Shown here: positions 16,223-22,900 of the stretch, in pieces
Position numbering within the stretch: position 1 is the stretch's first letter
Layout: each line of letters begins with the position of its first letter
DNA from: a virus
Virus record (IMG/VR): IMGVR_UViG_3300009678_000043
Span: 1 to 25,047 of that record
Reading direction: 5' to 3' (one strand)
DNA length: 25,047 nucleotides
The notes under the pieces: generated by a model
What the model was told of the DNA's origin: nothing
Databases searched by the model: none
What the model saw: only the letters and a program-made list of their open reading frames with translations
Translations under genes and position numbers: made by a program

Positions 16223-16251
16223 ACTATACATGCGCTAGTACGGCGCGTCAA
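16223..16251 (-). promoter_or_regulatory. Sigma-70-like promoter TTGACG-17-TATAGT driving the minus-strand integrase operon (leaderless geometry)
   Basis: On the minus strand the -35 TTGACG is at 16251..16246. The spacer is 17 nt. The -10 TATAGT is at 16228..16223. TGCGCC then precedes ATG 16216. Confidence 0.6.
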
Positions 16252-16285
16252 ATAGGGGCGATAACCGGCGGTGACGTTTGTCCGA

Positions 16286-16314
16286 TTGACAAATCGAGAT
16301 ACCGGAGGTATACC
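16286..16314 (+). promoter_or_regulatory. Sigma-70-like promoter TTGACA-17-TATACC for the low-GC cassette, with palindrome GGTATACC over the -10
   Basis: -35 TTGACA at 16286..16291, a 17-nt spacer, -10 TATACC at 16309..16314. The perfect 8-bp palindrome at 16307..16314 is a candidate RHH operator. Confidence 0.55.
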
Positions 16315-16324
16315 TAGGGGCTCT

Positions 16325-16462
16325 GTGATTAAGCAAATGATTAGCTTCACGATTCCCCAGCGGCACTACCTCATCCGCGAAGCCAAGCGCCTGGGCATCT
16401 CGCTCGCCGAACTCGTGCGTCGCATCATTGACCGCCACATCGAACTCAAGAAGGACGCCTGA
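16325..16462 (+). CDS. Ribbon-helix-helix (CopG/Arc/MetJ-type) DNA-binding protein, 45 aa
   Basis: Translation: VIKQMISFTIPQRHYLIREAKRLGISLAELVRRIIDRHIELKKDA. This is a classic RHH layout: beta strand ISFTIP followed by two helices. The start is GTG 16325 or ATG 16337. Confidence 0.7.
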   Translation: MIKQMISFTIPQRHYLIREAKRLGISLAELVRRIIDRHIELKKDA

Positions 16463-16463
16463 G

Positions 16464-17324
16464 ATGGGAGCGACTGTGTTGACTGATCACCGCGTTGCCG
16501 AGTTTGCGCCCGCCGGCCAGATGACCGAAGCGCAGTACACCGTTGAGCGTCAGCGGATCCGGGCGACCTATGGCGACACCGCGACGGAGCACACTGGCGC
16601 CTTCGACCAAGACTTAGCCCGATTGATTTTCCGGTCGAAGTGGTCTGACTCAAAACTAGCGAAGCATGAAGGCAAGACAGAACGCTGGGTCAGGTACCGG
16701 ACTACGTTCGGGGCCTTTTTGGATTTTGGAACCACGGTTCCAATTCCCAAATCCTGCACTGAGCGGCGCTTCCGTGAGTTCTGGGACCGGACGGATCCAA
16801 ACGAAACCAATGTGCGGATCCGCTTCCGCGAAGTCGCGCGATTAATGGAAGAGAAATTGAGTTTATCGAAGCCACCTACCAATAAACCGAAGGTCGCAAA
16901 GGTGATTCTCGAGGACTTTGCCGATGGGAAATGGCATCGGCTCACCACGATCGTGGCCGGCGTCCAGGCCAAGGAGCCGCAGGCCACGGAAGGTGATGTT
17001 AAGGCCGTGCTCTTTTCGATGTGCAAGACCGGCGCACGTCACACCGCAGCAGAACGCCGCAGAGGAGGCGGCAATAGTTGGAGTTACCGGATCGTCCGCG
17101 GAGTCGGACGGAAGGTTGATGTTGATGTCTTAGTTCATGAACTGGGTCCGATCGTTCAGGCACTGAAAGTCGAAGGCCGTAAACACATCGCGGAAGCCTC
17201 ACCAGCGGCGATCGCGAGTTTGGCCAAACAACTGGAAGTCATCCTCGAACGCTTGACCCATGAAGATGCCCGGCTCTTTACCCGCCCGGCAAAGAAGGAG
17301 AAGTCTGATGGAACCATCGTTTAA
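16464..17324 (+). CDS. Uncharacterised DNA-binding protein with a ParB-HTH-like segment and a C-terminal winged-helix-like segment, 286 aa
   Basis: ATG 16464 lies 1 nt after the RHH stop. SDSKLAKHEGKTERWVRYRTTFGAFL resembles the ParB/KorB HTH. KWHRLTTIVAGV...GDVKAVLFSMCKTGARHTAA...WSYRIV looks winged-helix-like. The region is visibly lower in GC than the backbone. Confidence 0.7.
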   Translation: MGATVLTDHRVAEFAPAGQMTEAQYTVERQRIRATYGDTATEHTGAFDQDLARLIFRSKWSDSKLAKHEGKTERWVRYRTTFGAFLDFGTTVPIPKSCTERRFREFWDRTDPNETNVRIRFREVARLMEEKLSLSKPPTNKPKVAKVILEDFADGKWHRLTTIVAGVQAKEPQATEGDVKAVLFSMCKTGARHTAAERRRGGGNSWSYRIVRGVGRKVDVDVLVHELGPIVQALKVEGRKHIAEASPAAIASLAKQLEVILERLTHEDARLFTRPAKKEKSDGTIV

Positions 17325-18177
17325 ACTCGTGAAAGCGGACGTCGTGCCGCTGACCCATGAACTCGCTGTCGAGTTCCGTGAAATGACGCCCTCGCCCACG
17401 GAGCGTGATTTCAATCCCGCGCGCTTGAAGATGCTTCAGCAGAAAGCCGCGGCCAACCAACTCTTGACCTTTCACTGGGCGAAGGCCCGGATGGACGGCA
17501 AGATGCTCCGCGTCAACGGCCAGCACAGCTCGATCATGCTCGCCGAATTGAATGGCGGCTTTCCTGATGGGCTGCAGGTCCATATTGACGAGTACGTCGT
17601 CGATGGGCCGGGAGGCTTGGCGCTGCTCTTCCGGCAGTTCGATGACCGCAAGTCGGGCCGATCAACCGCGGACATCTCCGGGGCGTATCAGAACCTGGTG
17701 ACGGCGTTGCAGGGCGTCGCCAAGCCGGTCGGCAAGCTCGGCGTGGAGGGCATCACCTGGTACAACCGCAACATTGAAAACGTCGAGACGCCGCTCGGCG
17801 ACGAGCAGTACACCCTCTTCAATCAGAGTCTGACCCAGCAGTTCCTGCTCTGGTTGAATGAGATCTTCAGCATCAAGACCCCGGAGCTCCGGAAGGTGCC
17901 GGTGGTGGCCGCGATGTACGGGACGTTCCTCAAGAATCCCGAAGAGACGCGGAAGTTCTGGGCCGAAGTCGCGCGCGGGGGCAAGGAGTACGAAGACAAC
18001 GCCCCGAGTACGATTCTCGATGCCTGGCTGAAGTCCATCAAGGAAGAGAAGCTCGAGCTCAAGCCGGGCGAGTACTTCCGCGGCTGCGTCTACGCCTGGA
18101 ATGCCGCGCGTGATGACAAGCAGATCAAGGAGATCCGCTACGACCTGAAGCGGGTCACGCAGACGATCGCGGATTGA
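17308..18177 (+). CDS. Uncharacterised ParB/sulfiredoxin-fold-like protein (GQH motif), 289 aa
   Basis: ATG 17308 follows AAGGAGAAG and overlaps the upstream gene by 17 nt. The N-terminal ERDFNPARLKMLQQKAAANQLLTFHWAKARMDGKMLRVNGQHSSIMLAEL matches the ParB N-domain/DGQHR layout, but with N and S replacing the canonical D and R. The rest is helical with no motif I recognise. Confidence 0.7.
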   Translation: MEPSFKLVKADVVPLTHELAVEFREMTPSPTERDFNPARLKMLQQKAAANQLLTFHWAKARMDGKMLRVNGQHSSIMLAELNGGFPDGLQVHIDEYVVDGPGGLALLFRQFDDRKSGRSTADISGAYQNLVTALQGVAKPVGKLGVEGITWYNRNIENVETPLGDEQYTLFNQSLTQQFLLWLNEIFSIKTPELRKVPVVAAMYGTFLKNPEETRKFWAEVARGGKEYEDNAPSTILDAWLKSIKEEKLELKPGEYFRGCVYAWNAARDDKQIKEIRYDLKRVTQTIAD

Positions 18178-18194
18178 ATCGACTGAACGAAGAA

Positions 18195-18228
18195 AGCGCC
18201 CGCGCAGTCTGGGAACTGCGCGGGCGCT
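18195..18228. terminator. Bidirectional intrinsic terminator hairpin between convergent genes
   Basis: 13-bp perfect stem AGCGCCCGCGCAG / CTGCGCGGGCGCT with an 8-nt loop. On the minus strand it is followed by TTTCTTCGTT. Confidence 0.75.
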
Positions 18229-18231
18229 CCC

Positions 18232-18474
18232 TCACCAAAACATCGCCGTCGTCACAACCTGGGCGACGGTGAAGAGCGTCTCGAACGGCAACCGCGGGGG
18301 GATCTCCCGTCGCCGCCGGCGCGTCGGCGTCGTAAGGCAATTAGTGATGAGCAGCTTTACGGCGGCGTACCGCGCGGGGAGGTGGCGCCTCAGGTGCGCC
18401 AAGCCGCGTGTGAGGGTCTCTAGTTCGGCGTCCCGCGGCAGGCTTGGGAACTCGACTGGACGCAGAATCTGGGC
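18232..18474 (-). CDS. Probable true 3' portion of the repressor gene, in the +1 frame relative to 18341..18898
   Basis: By hand count about 83% of codons here end in G/C, against about 49% for the cI-frame reading of the same bases. The peptide QILRPVEFPSLPRDAELETLTRGLAHLRRHLPARYAAVKLLITNCLT... looks protein-like. The stop at 18232-18234 lies 3 nt from the terminator hairpin. There is no canonical start codon near the point where the bias begins. Confidence 0.5.
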   Translation of the reverse strand, partial: AQILRPVEFPSLPRDAELETLTRGLAHLRRHLPARYAAVKLLITNCLTTPTRRRRREIPPRLPFETLFTVAQVVTTAMFW

Positions 18475-18898
18475 GCTCGATGAGCGTGTGGAGTGTGCGG
18501 ACGAGGACGCGGACGGCGTCGAGGGTGGCTCGGTGGCGGTCGAACTCTTCCCAGAGGCGATCGACGGAGTTCTCGATCCGCGGCCGAGCGCCTGGCCGCG
18601 GAGTGCGACGAGTTTCAACATGCAACCCTCCTGACATTGCCGGTTTAGTGAGAGGGAGCGACTCACTCCGATCTGCAAACAGCGCGTCCAAATCACACTC
18701 AAAGTACTCCGCCACCCGATCGATCAAGTTCAGGCGAATCGCACGTTTCCCCGTCAAGACCTGGGAAATCCAAGCGTCGGATTTGCCGACCCCTTTCGCG
18801 AGATCGCCTTGTCGCTCGCCACGTTCACGCAGGCGGGCAAGGATGTTTTTGCGTAGGAGATCGAGAGTTCGACTGGGCACAGGCCGTCTATACCCCAT
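18341..18898 (-). CDS. cI-like immunity repressor (XRE-family HTH); the reading frame is probably broken near 18470
   Basis: N-terminal HTH: LRKNILARLRERGERQGDLAKGVGKSDAWISQVLTGKRAIRLNLIDRVAEYF. It is divergent from a Cro-like gene. The last 45 or so residues of this frame are Arg/Pro/Ala-rich and low complexity, with poor third-position bias. Confidence 0.75.
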   Translation of the reverse strand: MGYRRPVPSRTLDLLRKNILARLRERGERQGDLAKGVGKSDAWISQVLTGKRAIRLNLIDRVAEYFECDLDALFADRSESLPLTKPAMSGGLHVETRRTPRPGARPRIENSVDRLWEEFDRHRATLDAVRVLVRTLHTLIERPDSASSRVPKPAAGRRTRDPHTRLGAPEAPPPRAVRRRKAAHH

Positions 18899-18978
18899 GA
18901 GCCTACCGTAACTGCTAGTGACTTTCTACGCTTTTTTAACCAATTTTGCGACTTGCCACCGTCGGTGAAAAAGAGGGC

Positions 18979-19009
18979 TTGACAAAGGTTATTCACCGGT
19001 CGTTATTAT
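18979..19009 (+). promoter_or_regulatory. Early rightward promoter (TTGACA, 17-19-nt spacer, GTTATTAT -10 region) for the Cro-like gene
   Basis: TTGACA at 18979..18984. Overlapping -10 candidates GTTATT, TTATTA and TATTAT lie at 19002..19009. The GTG start at 19019 is only about 3-5 nt from the expected transcription start. Confidence 0.55.
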
Positions 19010-19018
19010 TCCGCTATC

Positions 19019-19240
19019 GTGAAAACTTCCAGTCGTCAGCGCCTGCGTGCGTGGCTCAAAGCCGCGCGGCGGACGCAACGGTCCTTGGCCGACGAGCTCG
19101 GCGTCACGCCGCCCTATATCGCCATGCTCATCGCGGGGGACCGCACGCCGTCGCTCCGTGTGGCCAAACGGCTCCAGGAGATCACCGGGATTCCAGCCAC
19201 TGAGTTTGTTCACGCCCTCAGCCAACAGAGGACTGCGTAA
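19019..19240 (+). CDS. Cro-like HTH regulator (YdaS/Cro type), 73 aa
   Basis: RTQRSLADELGVTPPYIAMLIAGDRTPSLRVAKRLQEITGIP matches the Cro/YdaS-type HTH pattern. It is divergent from the repressor. Confidence 0.75.
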   Translation: MKTSSRQRLRAWLKAARRTQRSLADELGVTPPYIAMLIAGDRTPSLRVAKRLQEITGIPATEFVHALSQQRTA

Positions 19241-19461
19241 TGCGAATGGCGAAAATCGACAGCCCGTACCTGACGGCGAAGGAGGCGGTCGAGTACCTCA
19301 AGCTCGGCTCGCTGAACGCGCTCTACCGGCTGGTCAATCAACACCGGCTCCCCACCTGTCGCCGTGGCCGCCTGTACTTGTTCGACAAGCGCGAGATCGA
19401 CATCTGGCTCCACGGCTTCAGCAGCGAGATCGAGATGGTCCGGGCGAAGCGCCGGGCGTGA
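19240..19461 (+). CDS. Excisionase/AlpA-type helix-turn-helix protein (HTH_17-like), 73 aa
   Basis: YLTAKEAVEYLKLGSLNALYRLVNQHRLPTCRRGRLYLFDKREIDIWL is the typical MerR-like excisionase-family pattern. The ATG overlaps the previous stop (TAATG). Confidence 0.7.
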   Translation: MRMAKIDSPYLTAKEAVEYLKLGSLNALYRLVNQHRLPTCRRGRLYLFDKREIDIWLHGFSSEIEMVRAKRRA

Positions 19462-19473
19462 CAGGAGGGGAGT

Positions 19474-19662
19474 ATGCAAGGGCTCGATCACTTGCCGCCG
19501 CCGATCCTGATTTGTCGTCCGGCGCAGACGCCGCAGCCGGACGTGAGTCGCCAGTGCCTCATCTGCGGCGCGGCCGTCCAGCCGCCGCCGGGATGGTGCG
19601 GGCAGTGCTCGCCGATCTGCCTGCTCTGCTATCTCGTCCATTACGTGCCGCCATGTCACTGA
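19474..19662 (+). CDS. Small Cys-rich protein, 62 aa
   Basis: Strong RBS AGGAGGGG. CLICG...WCGQCSPICLLC...PPCH. High G/C third-position bias. Confidence 0.6.
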   Translation: MQGLDHLPPPILICRPAQTPQPDVSRQCLICGAAVQPPPGWCGQCSPICLLCYLVHYVPPCH

Positions 19663-19811
19663 GGCGCTGGTGGTGCCGGCACAAGACCTTGATGCGGGTG
19701 AAGGCGTCCGGCGTCTGGTGCTGGCGCTGCGTCTGTGGCTACCAGGTGCCGATCGTGATTCGGACGGCGGAAGAACAAGCGCGGGCATCGGCGCTCCTCG
19801 GGCGGGCGTGA
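19653..19811 (+). CDS. Small zinc-ribbon-like protein, 52 aa
   Basis: Translation: MSLRRWWCRHKTLMRVKASGVWCWRCVCGYQVPIVIRTAEEQARASALLGRA. High G/C third-position bias. The stop overlaps the next ATG (TGATG). It is the only credible part of track ORF 19047..19811. Confidence 0.45.
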   Translation: MSLRRWWCRHKTLMRVKASGVWCWRCVCGYQVPIVIRTAEEQARASALLGRA

Positions 19812-20107
19812 TGTGGATTGCGATCGTCTTGTCGTTTCTGTCGTTCTGTGTCGCGCTCTGGGCCGTCTGGATCGCGATTGCCGCGGCGATCAAGAACCAG
19901 GCGCTCGAGCTGCGGATCGTCCAGGTGCTCCAACGCGCCGAAGACGAAGAGGTCGCGCGGACCACGGCGCTCGAGCTCCTCGACGCCGTGATGCTCAAGC
20001 GGACGGAAGAGCTCAAGGCGGCGACGGCGAAGATTGAGGCGCTTCGCCGGCACTACGAAACCTCGATCGCGATCGACGCGCCGCTCGGGTCGAAGCGGGT
20101 CCAGTGA
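19811..20107 (+). CDS. N-terminally membrane-anchored coiled-coil protein, 98 aa
   Basis: MWIAIVLSFLSFCVALWAVWIAIAAAI, followed by a charged helical region. Confidence 0.6.
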   Translation: MWIAIVLSFLSFCVALWAVWIAIAAAIKNQALELRIVQVLQRAEDEEVARTTALELLDAVMLKRTEELKAATAKIEALRRHYETSIAIDAPLGSKRVQ

Positions 20108-20120
20108 AGGAATTCTCAGA

Positions 20121-20729
20121 ATGCGAGCACGTCTCTTGAAACCGGGGTTCTTTACCAATGAGCGGTTAGCCAAGCTCCCGGTCCGCGCCCGCTTGTTATT
20201 CGCCGGGTTGTGGTGTCTCGCCGATCGGGAAGGGCGCCTGGAATATCGGCCCCAACGGATCCGCGCCGCCATCTTTCCGTACGAGCCGCGGGTCAAGATC
20301 GACGCCCTCATTCGTGCCTTGGAACTTGAGGAATTCGTCAAAAGGTATACCGTCGCGCACACTCCGTGCCTCGCGTTACCGCGCTTTGTACAACATCAGT
20401 CGCCACATCCGCGAGAACCAGAGAGCAAACTGCCGGCCGAGCCGTGTACTTTCCCGGCCTCGTCCTTGCCTGGCCCAGCGGTAGCGGTACCTAGATCCGG
20501 TAAAGATCAAGATCAAGAGATCACCGCTTCGCGGTCCGTGCCCTTTAAGGTCTACGCCGCAATTGCCGGACGCCTCCTCAAACAGACCGAAGACCTCGAC
20601 CTCGCACCCAGCGACCTCGCCGAAGAGTTCAAGAGAGCGTGCGCTAAGGAAGGCCTCGACTACCACGCGAGCATCGTGCAGCAAGCCATCGACGCCGCCC
20701 AGGCCATCCGCGGCCGGAGACGCGCATGA
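20121..20729 (+). CDS. Replication-associated protein (replisome-organiser-like N-terminal domain), 202 aa
   Basis: MRARLLKPGFFTNERLAKLPVRARLLFAGLWCLADREGRLEYRPQRIRAAIFPY is a conserved N-terminal pattern of prophage replication/organiser proteins (from memory; family name uncertain). Confidence 0.6.
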   Translation: MRARLLKPGFFTNERLAKLPVRARLLFAGLWCLADREGRLEYRPQRIRAAIFPYEPRVKIDALIRALELEEFVKRYTVAHTPCLALPRFVQHQSPHPREPESKLPAEPCTFPASSLPGPAVAVPRSGKDQDQEITASRSVPFKVYAAIAGRLLKQTEDLDLAPSDLAEEFKRACAKEGLDYHASIVQQAIDAAQAIRGRRRA

Positions 20730-20941
20730 CGGACAAGGCGCCACGCTTCAACGACGACGCCGAATGCGACTGGTGTGACGGCCGCGGCTGGTGGGACATG
20801 GAGTACCCGACGCGCGAAGAGGATCCGACCTGGGGCCAGAAGTTTCGATCGGAACGCTTCCCCTGCGAGAAGTGCAAAGGCACAGGGTACGCCCGGTTCG
20901 ATCCCGCGGATCTCAGCGCCCGCACGAGGAGCGAACGATGA
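20726..20941 (+). CDS. DnaJ-type CxxCxGxG zinc-finger protein, 71 aa
   Basis: CDWCDGRG and CEKCKGTG repeats. ATGA overlaps at both ends. Confidence 0.65.
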   Translation: MTDKAPRFNDDAECDWCDGRGWWDMEYPTREEDPTWGQKFRSERFPCEKCKGTGYARFDPADLSARTRSER

Positions 20942-21618
20942 CGCGATCCGAGACCATCAACGAGCTCGCCGCCGCGCTCGCGAAGGCGCAAGGGGAGATC
21001 CTCGCCGCGAAAAAGGACTCCGAGAACCCGCACTTTCGCAGCAAGTACGCGGATCTCGGCTCCGTCTGGGACGCCATCCGCGCCGCGCTGACGAAGCACG
21101 GGCTCAGCGTCGTCCAGTCGCCGCGGCTCCTCACGACGCACGAGACCGTCTGGTTCGTCGAGATTGAAACCACGATGCTCCACGAGTCGGGGCAGTACCT
21201 GAGTGACGTGCTCGCGATGCCGCTTCCGGCGCCGACGCCCCAAGGCGTGGGCAGTGCCTGTACCTATGCCCGACGGTACGCCCTGGCCGCGTTTGCCGGC
21301 GTGGCCGCCTCCGGCGATGACGACGACGCCACGGCCGCGAGCTTGCCGCCTGCGGTCATCCGGCCAAACGACGCGCTCGAGACCGTCACGGTCAAGGTGA
21401 TCAAAATCGTGAAGCGGCCGATCAGTAACGGCAAGGAAAAGTTCATCATCGCGGCCGACGACGAACAGAAGTACGGGACGTTCTCACTGACGCACGCGAA
21501 CGAAGCGAAAGCCGCGAACGCCGCGGGTCACCCCGTCGAAATCACGTACAAGACCACGCAGTACGGCCGCGACATCGTCGCCCTGGCCGATGCCACGGTC
21601 GAGGAGCCGCCGCTATGA
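20938..21618 (+). CDS. erf: ERF-family single-strand annealing recombinase, 226 aa
   Basis: INELAAALAKAQGEILAAKKDSENPHFRSKYADLGSVWDAIRAALTKHGLSVVQ ... ACTYARRYALAAFAGV is the ERF signature. Confidence 0.85.
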   Translation: MTRSETINELAAALAKAQGEILAAKKDSENPHFRSKYADLGSVWDAIRAALTKHGLSVVQSPRLLTTHETVWFVEIETTMLHESGQYLSDVLAMPLPAPTPQGVGSACTYARRYALAAFAGVAASGDDDDATAASLPPAVIRPNDALETVTVKVIKIVKRPISNGKEKFIIAADDEQKYGTFSLTHANEAKAANAAGHPVEITYKTTQYGRDIVALADATVEEPPL

Positions 21619-22016
21619 AGCGAAGCCTGCTCGTCGCGCTCCTCACCGTCGCCGGCTGCGGCGATACGATCGTGAACAACCTGCCGCCCACGGCGCCGAC
21701 GCCCCCGCCGGCCGTCGTCAAAACCGTGATCGAGTTCCGCGTCCAAGGCAACGCCTCGAGCGTCCGGGTCCGCTACTCCAGCCCGCTCGACGGGCTCGTC
21801 CAAGTGGTGACGAGCCTCCCGTACTTCAACAGCTTCTCGACCGAGGCGAGCTCGATGTTCCTGTCGCTCGAGGCGGCGCCGCTCACCTATCCCACGATCA
21901 TCACGAACCCGTTTCTGTCGGTGCAGATCGTCGCCGGCGGCACGATGTTTCGCGAAGCGACGAGTAATGATTTCTTCTTCGTCCCGCTCCAGGCGTCGGG
22001 GACGTGGCGGCGATGA
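21615..22016 (+). CDS. Lipoprotein, 133 aa
   Basis: Signal peptide MKRSLLVALLTVAG|C with lipobox VAGC. The mature part is beta-rich. Confidence 0.7.
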   Translation: MKRSLLVALLTVAGCGDTIVNNLPPTAPTPPPAVVKTVIEFRVQGNASSVRVRYSSPLDGLVQVVTSLPYFNSFSTEASSMFLSLEAAPLTYPTIITNPFLSVQIVAGGTMFREATSNDFFFVPLQASGTWRR

Positions 22017-22408
22017 TGGCCGATCGCGCGGCGTGGACGAAGCACGTCGGCGGGCTGGTGGCGCCGCGCAGTAAGTACGGCGCGAAGCCGATGGTCGTCG
22101 ATGGGATCCGCTTCGATTCGACGAAGGAAGCACGACGGTACAGCGAGCTCAGGCTGCTCGAGAAAGCCGGGCTCATCCGCGATCTCGAGATGCAACCGCG
22201 CTTCCCGCTTGAGGTCGTCGAACGCTGGCGCCCGCATGGCACGGTCAAGACCTGCGGGTACTACACTGCTGACTTCCGGTACGTGGACGCTGAGACCGCC
22301 GCCGTCATCGTCGAGGACGTGAAGTCTGGGCCGACGAAGACGGCGGCCTATCGGCTCCGAAAGAAACTCGTCGAAGCGATTCACGGCGTCCGGATTGTCG
22401 AGGTCTGA
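22013..22408 (+). CDS. DUF1064-family protein (putative Holliday-junction resolvase/endonuclease)
   Basis: SKYGAKPMVVDGIRFDSTKEARRYSELRLLEKAGLIRDLEMQPRF ... YTADFRYVD ... VEDVKS ... YRLRKKL matches the DUF1064 pattern. Confidence 0.75.
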   Translation: MMADRAAWTKHVGGLVAPRSKYGAKPMVVDGIRFDSTKEARRYSELRLLEKAGLIRDLEMQPRFPLEVVERWRPHGTVKTCGYYTADFRYVDAETAAVIVEDVKSGPTKTAAYRLRKKLVEAIHGVRIVEV

Positions 22409-22504
22409 ATGCGCGACGGACAGGAACACAAGCTGCCGGGCCTGGTGCTGCTGATTATGCTGGCGGCGGCGGCCGGCTTGTGGGTCTTGATTTGGGTGCT
22501 GTGA
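22409..22504 (+). CDS. Possible 31-aa single-TM peptide
   Basis: Translation: MRDGQEHKLPGLVLLIMLAAAAGLWVLIWVL. The ATG abuts the previous stop (TGAATG) and its stop overlaps the next ATG (TGATG). Too short for certainty. Confidence 0.35.
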   Translation: MRDGQEHKLPGLVLLIMLAAAAGLWVLIWVL

Positions 22505-22692
22505 TGTACCGGCCCCCTCCGGCCCTGATCCAAGCGCGCCTCGATCGCAAGGTGTGCATCTGGTGCGGATCGCACCCGGTCATCGATTGGCCGTACATCT
22601 GCGCCGACTGTCAACGCGACCTGGCAGAAGCGGACGCACGACGACGCCAGAACACGCATCCAGAGGCGTCCCTATTTCCCCCGAAGGAGTGA
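22504..22692 (+). CDS. Small zinc-ribbon protein, 62 aa
   Basis: CIWCG ... CADC pairs. Confidence 0.6.
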   Translation: MYRPPPALIQARLDRKVCIWCGSHPVIDWPYICADCQRDLAEADARRRQNTHPEASLFPPKE

Positions 22693-22695
22693 CCC

Positions 22696-22896
22696 ATGAC
22701 CGATGACAAGCGACTCGACCGCCCCGAGAACGAGCTCCCCCGTCCCGAACGCGCCAGCCTGGAAGAACTGCGCGATTGGGAACAAGTGCAAGTCAACGAG
22801 ACCGATTCGACGGAACGGCTCAAGGTCGCCGGCGGGTTCCTGTATCGGACCATCGTCGGCTCGGCCGTGGCCCTGGTGTTCGTGCCCGACGAGTAG
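22696..22896 (+). CDS. Hypothetical protein, 66 aa
   Basis: RBS AAGGAG. Acidic N-terminus and hydrophobic C-terminus (IVGSAVALVFV). Confidence 0.6.
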   Translation: MTDDKRLDRPENELPRPERASLEELRDWEQVQVNETDSTERLKVAGGFLYRTIVGSAVALVFVPDE

Positions 22897-22900
22897 GCGA

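Noticed and set aside
15771-16223. Long version of the minus-strand ORF (TTG start at 16223, 150 aa).
   Set aside because: The first 54 codons give an implausible peptide and begin inside or upstream of the -10 box. The internal ATG at 16061 has a GAGGGA RBS, and a different frame holds a better 52-aa ORF coupled by ATGA.
19047-19811. 254-aa plus-strand ORF, and similarly 22776..23612 (278 aa), 4473..5162, 11111..12874, 12663..13382 and 20791..21618 as full-length genes.
   Set aside because: Their 5' portions run out of frame through neighbouring, better-supported genes and translate to Arg/Pro/Gly-rich junk. Only the 3' segments downstream of RBS-associated or stop-overlapping starts are credible.
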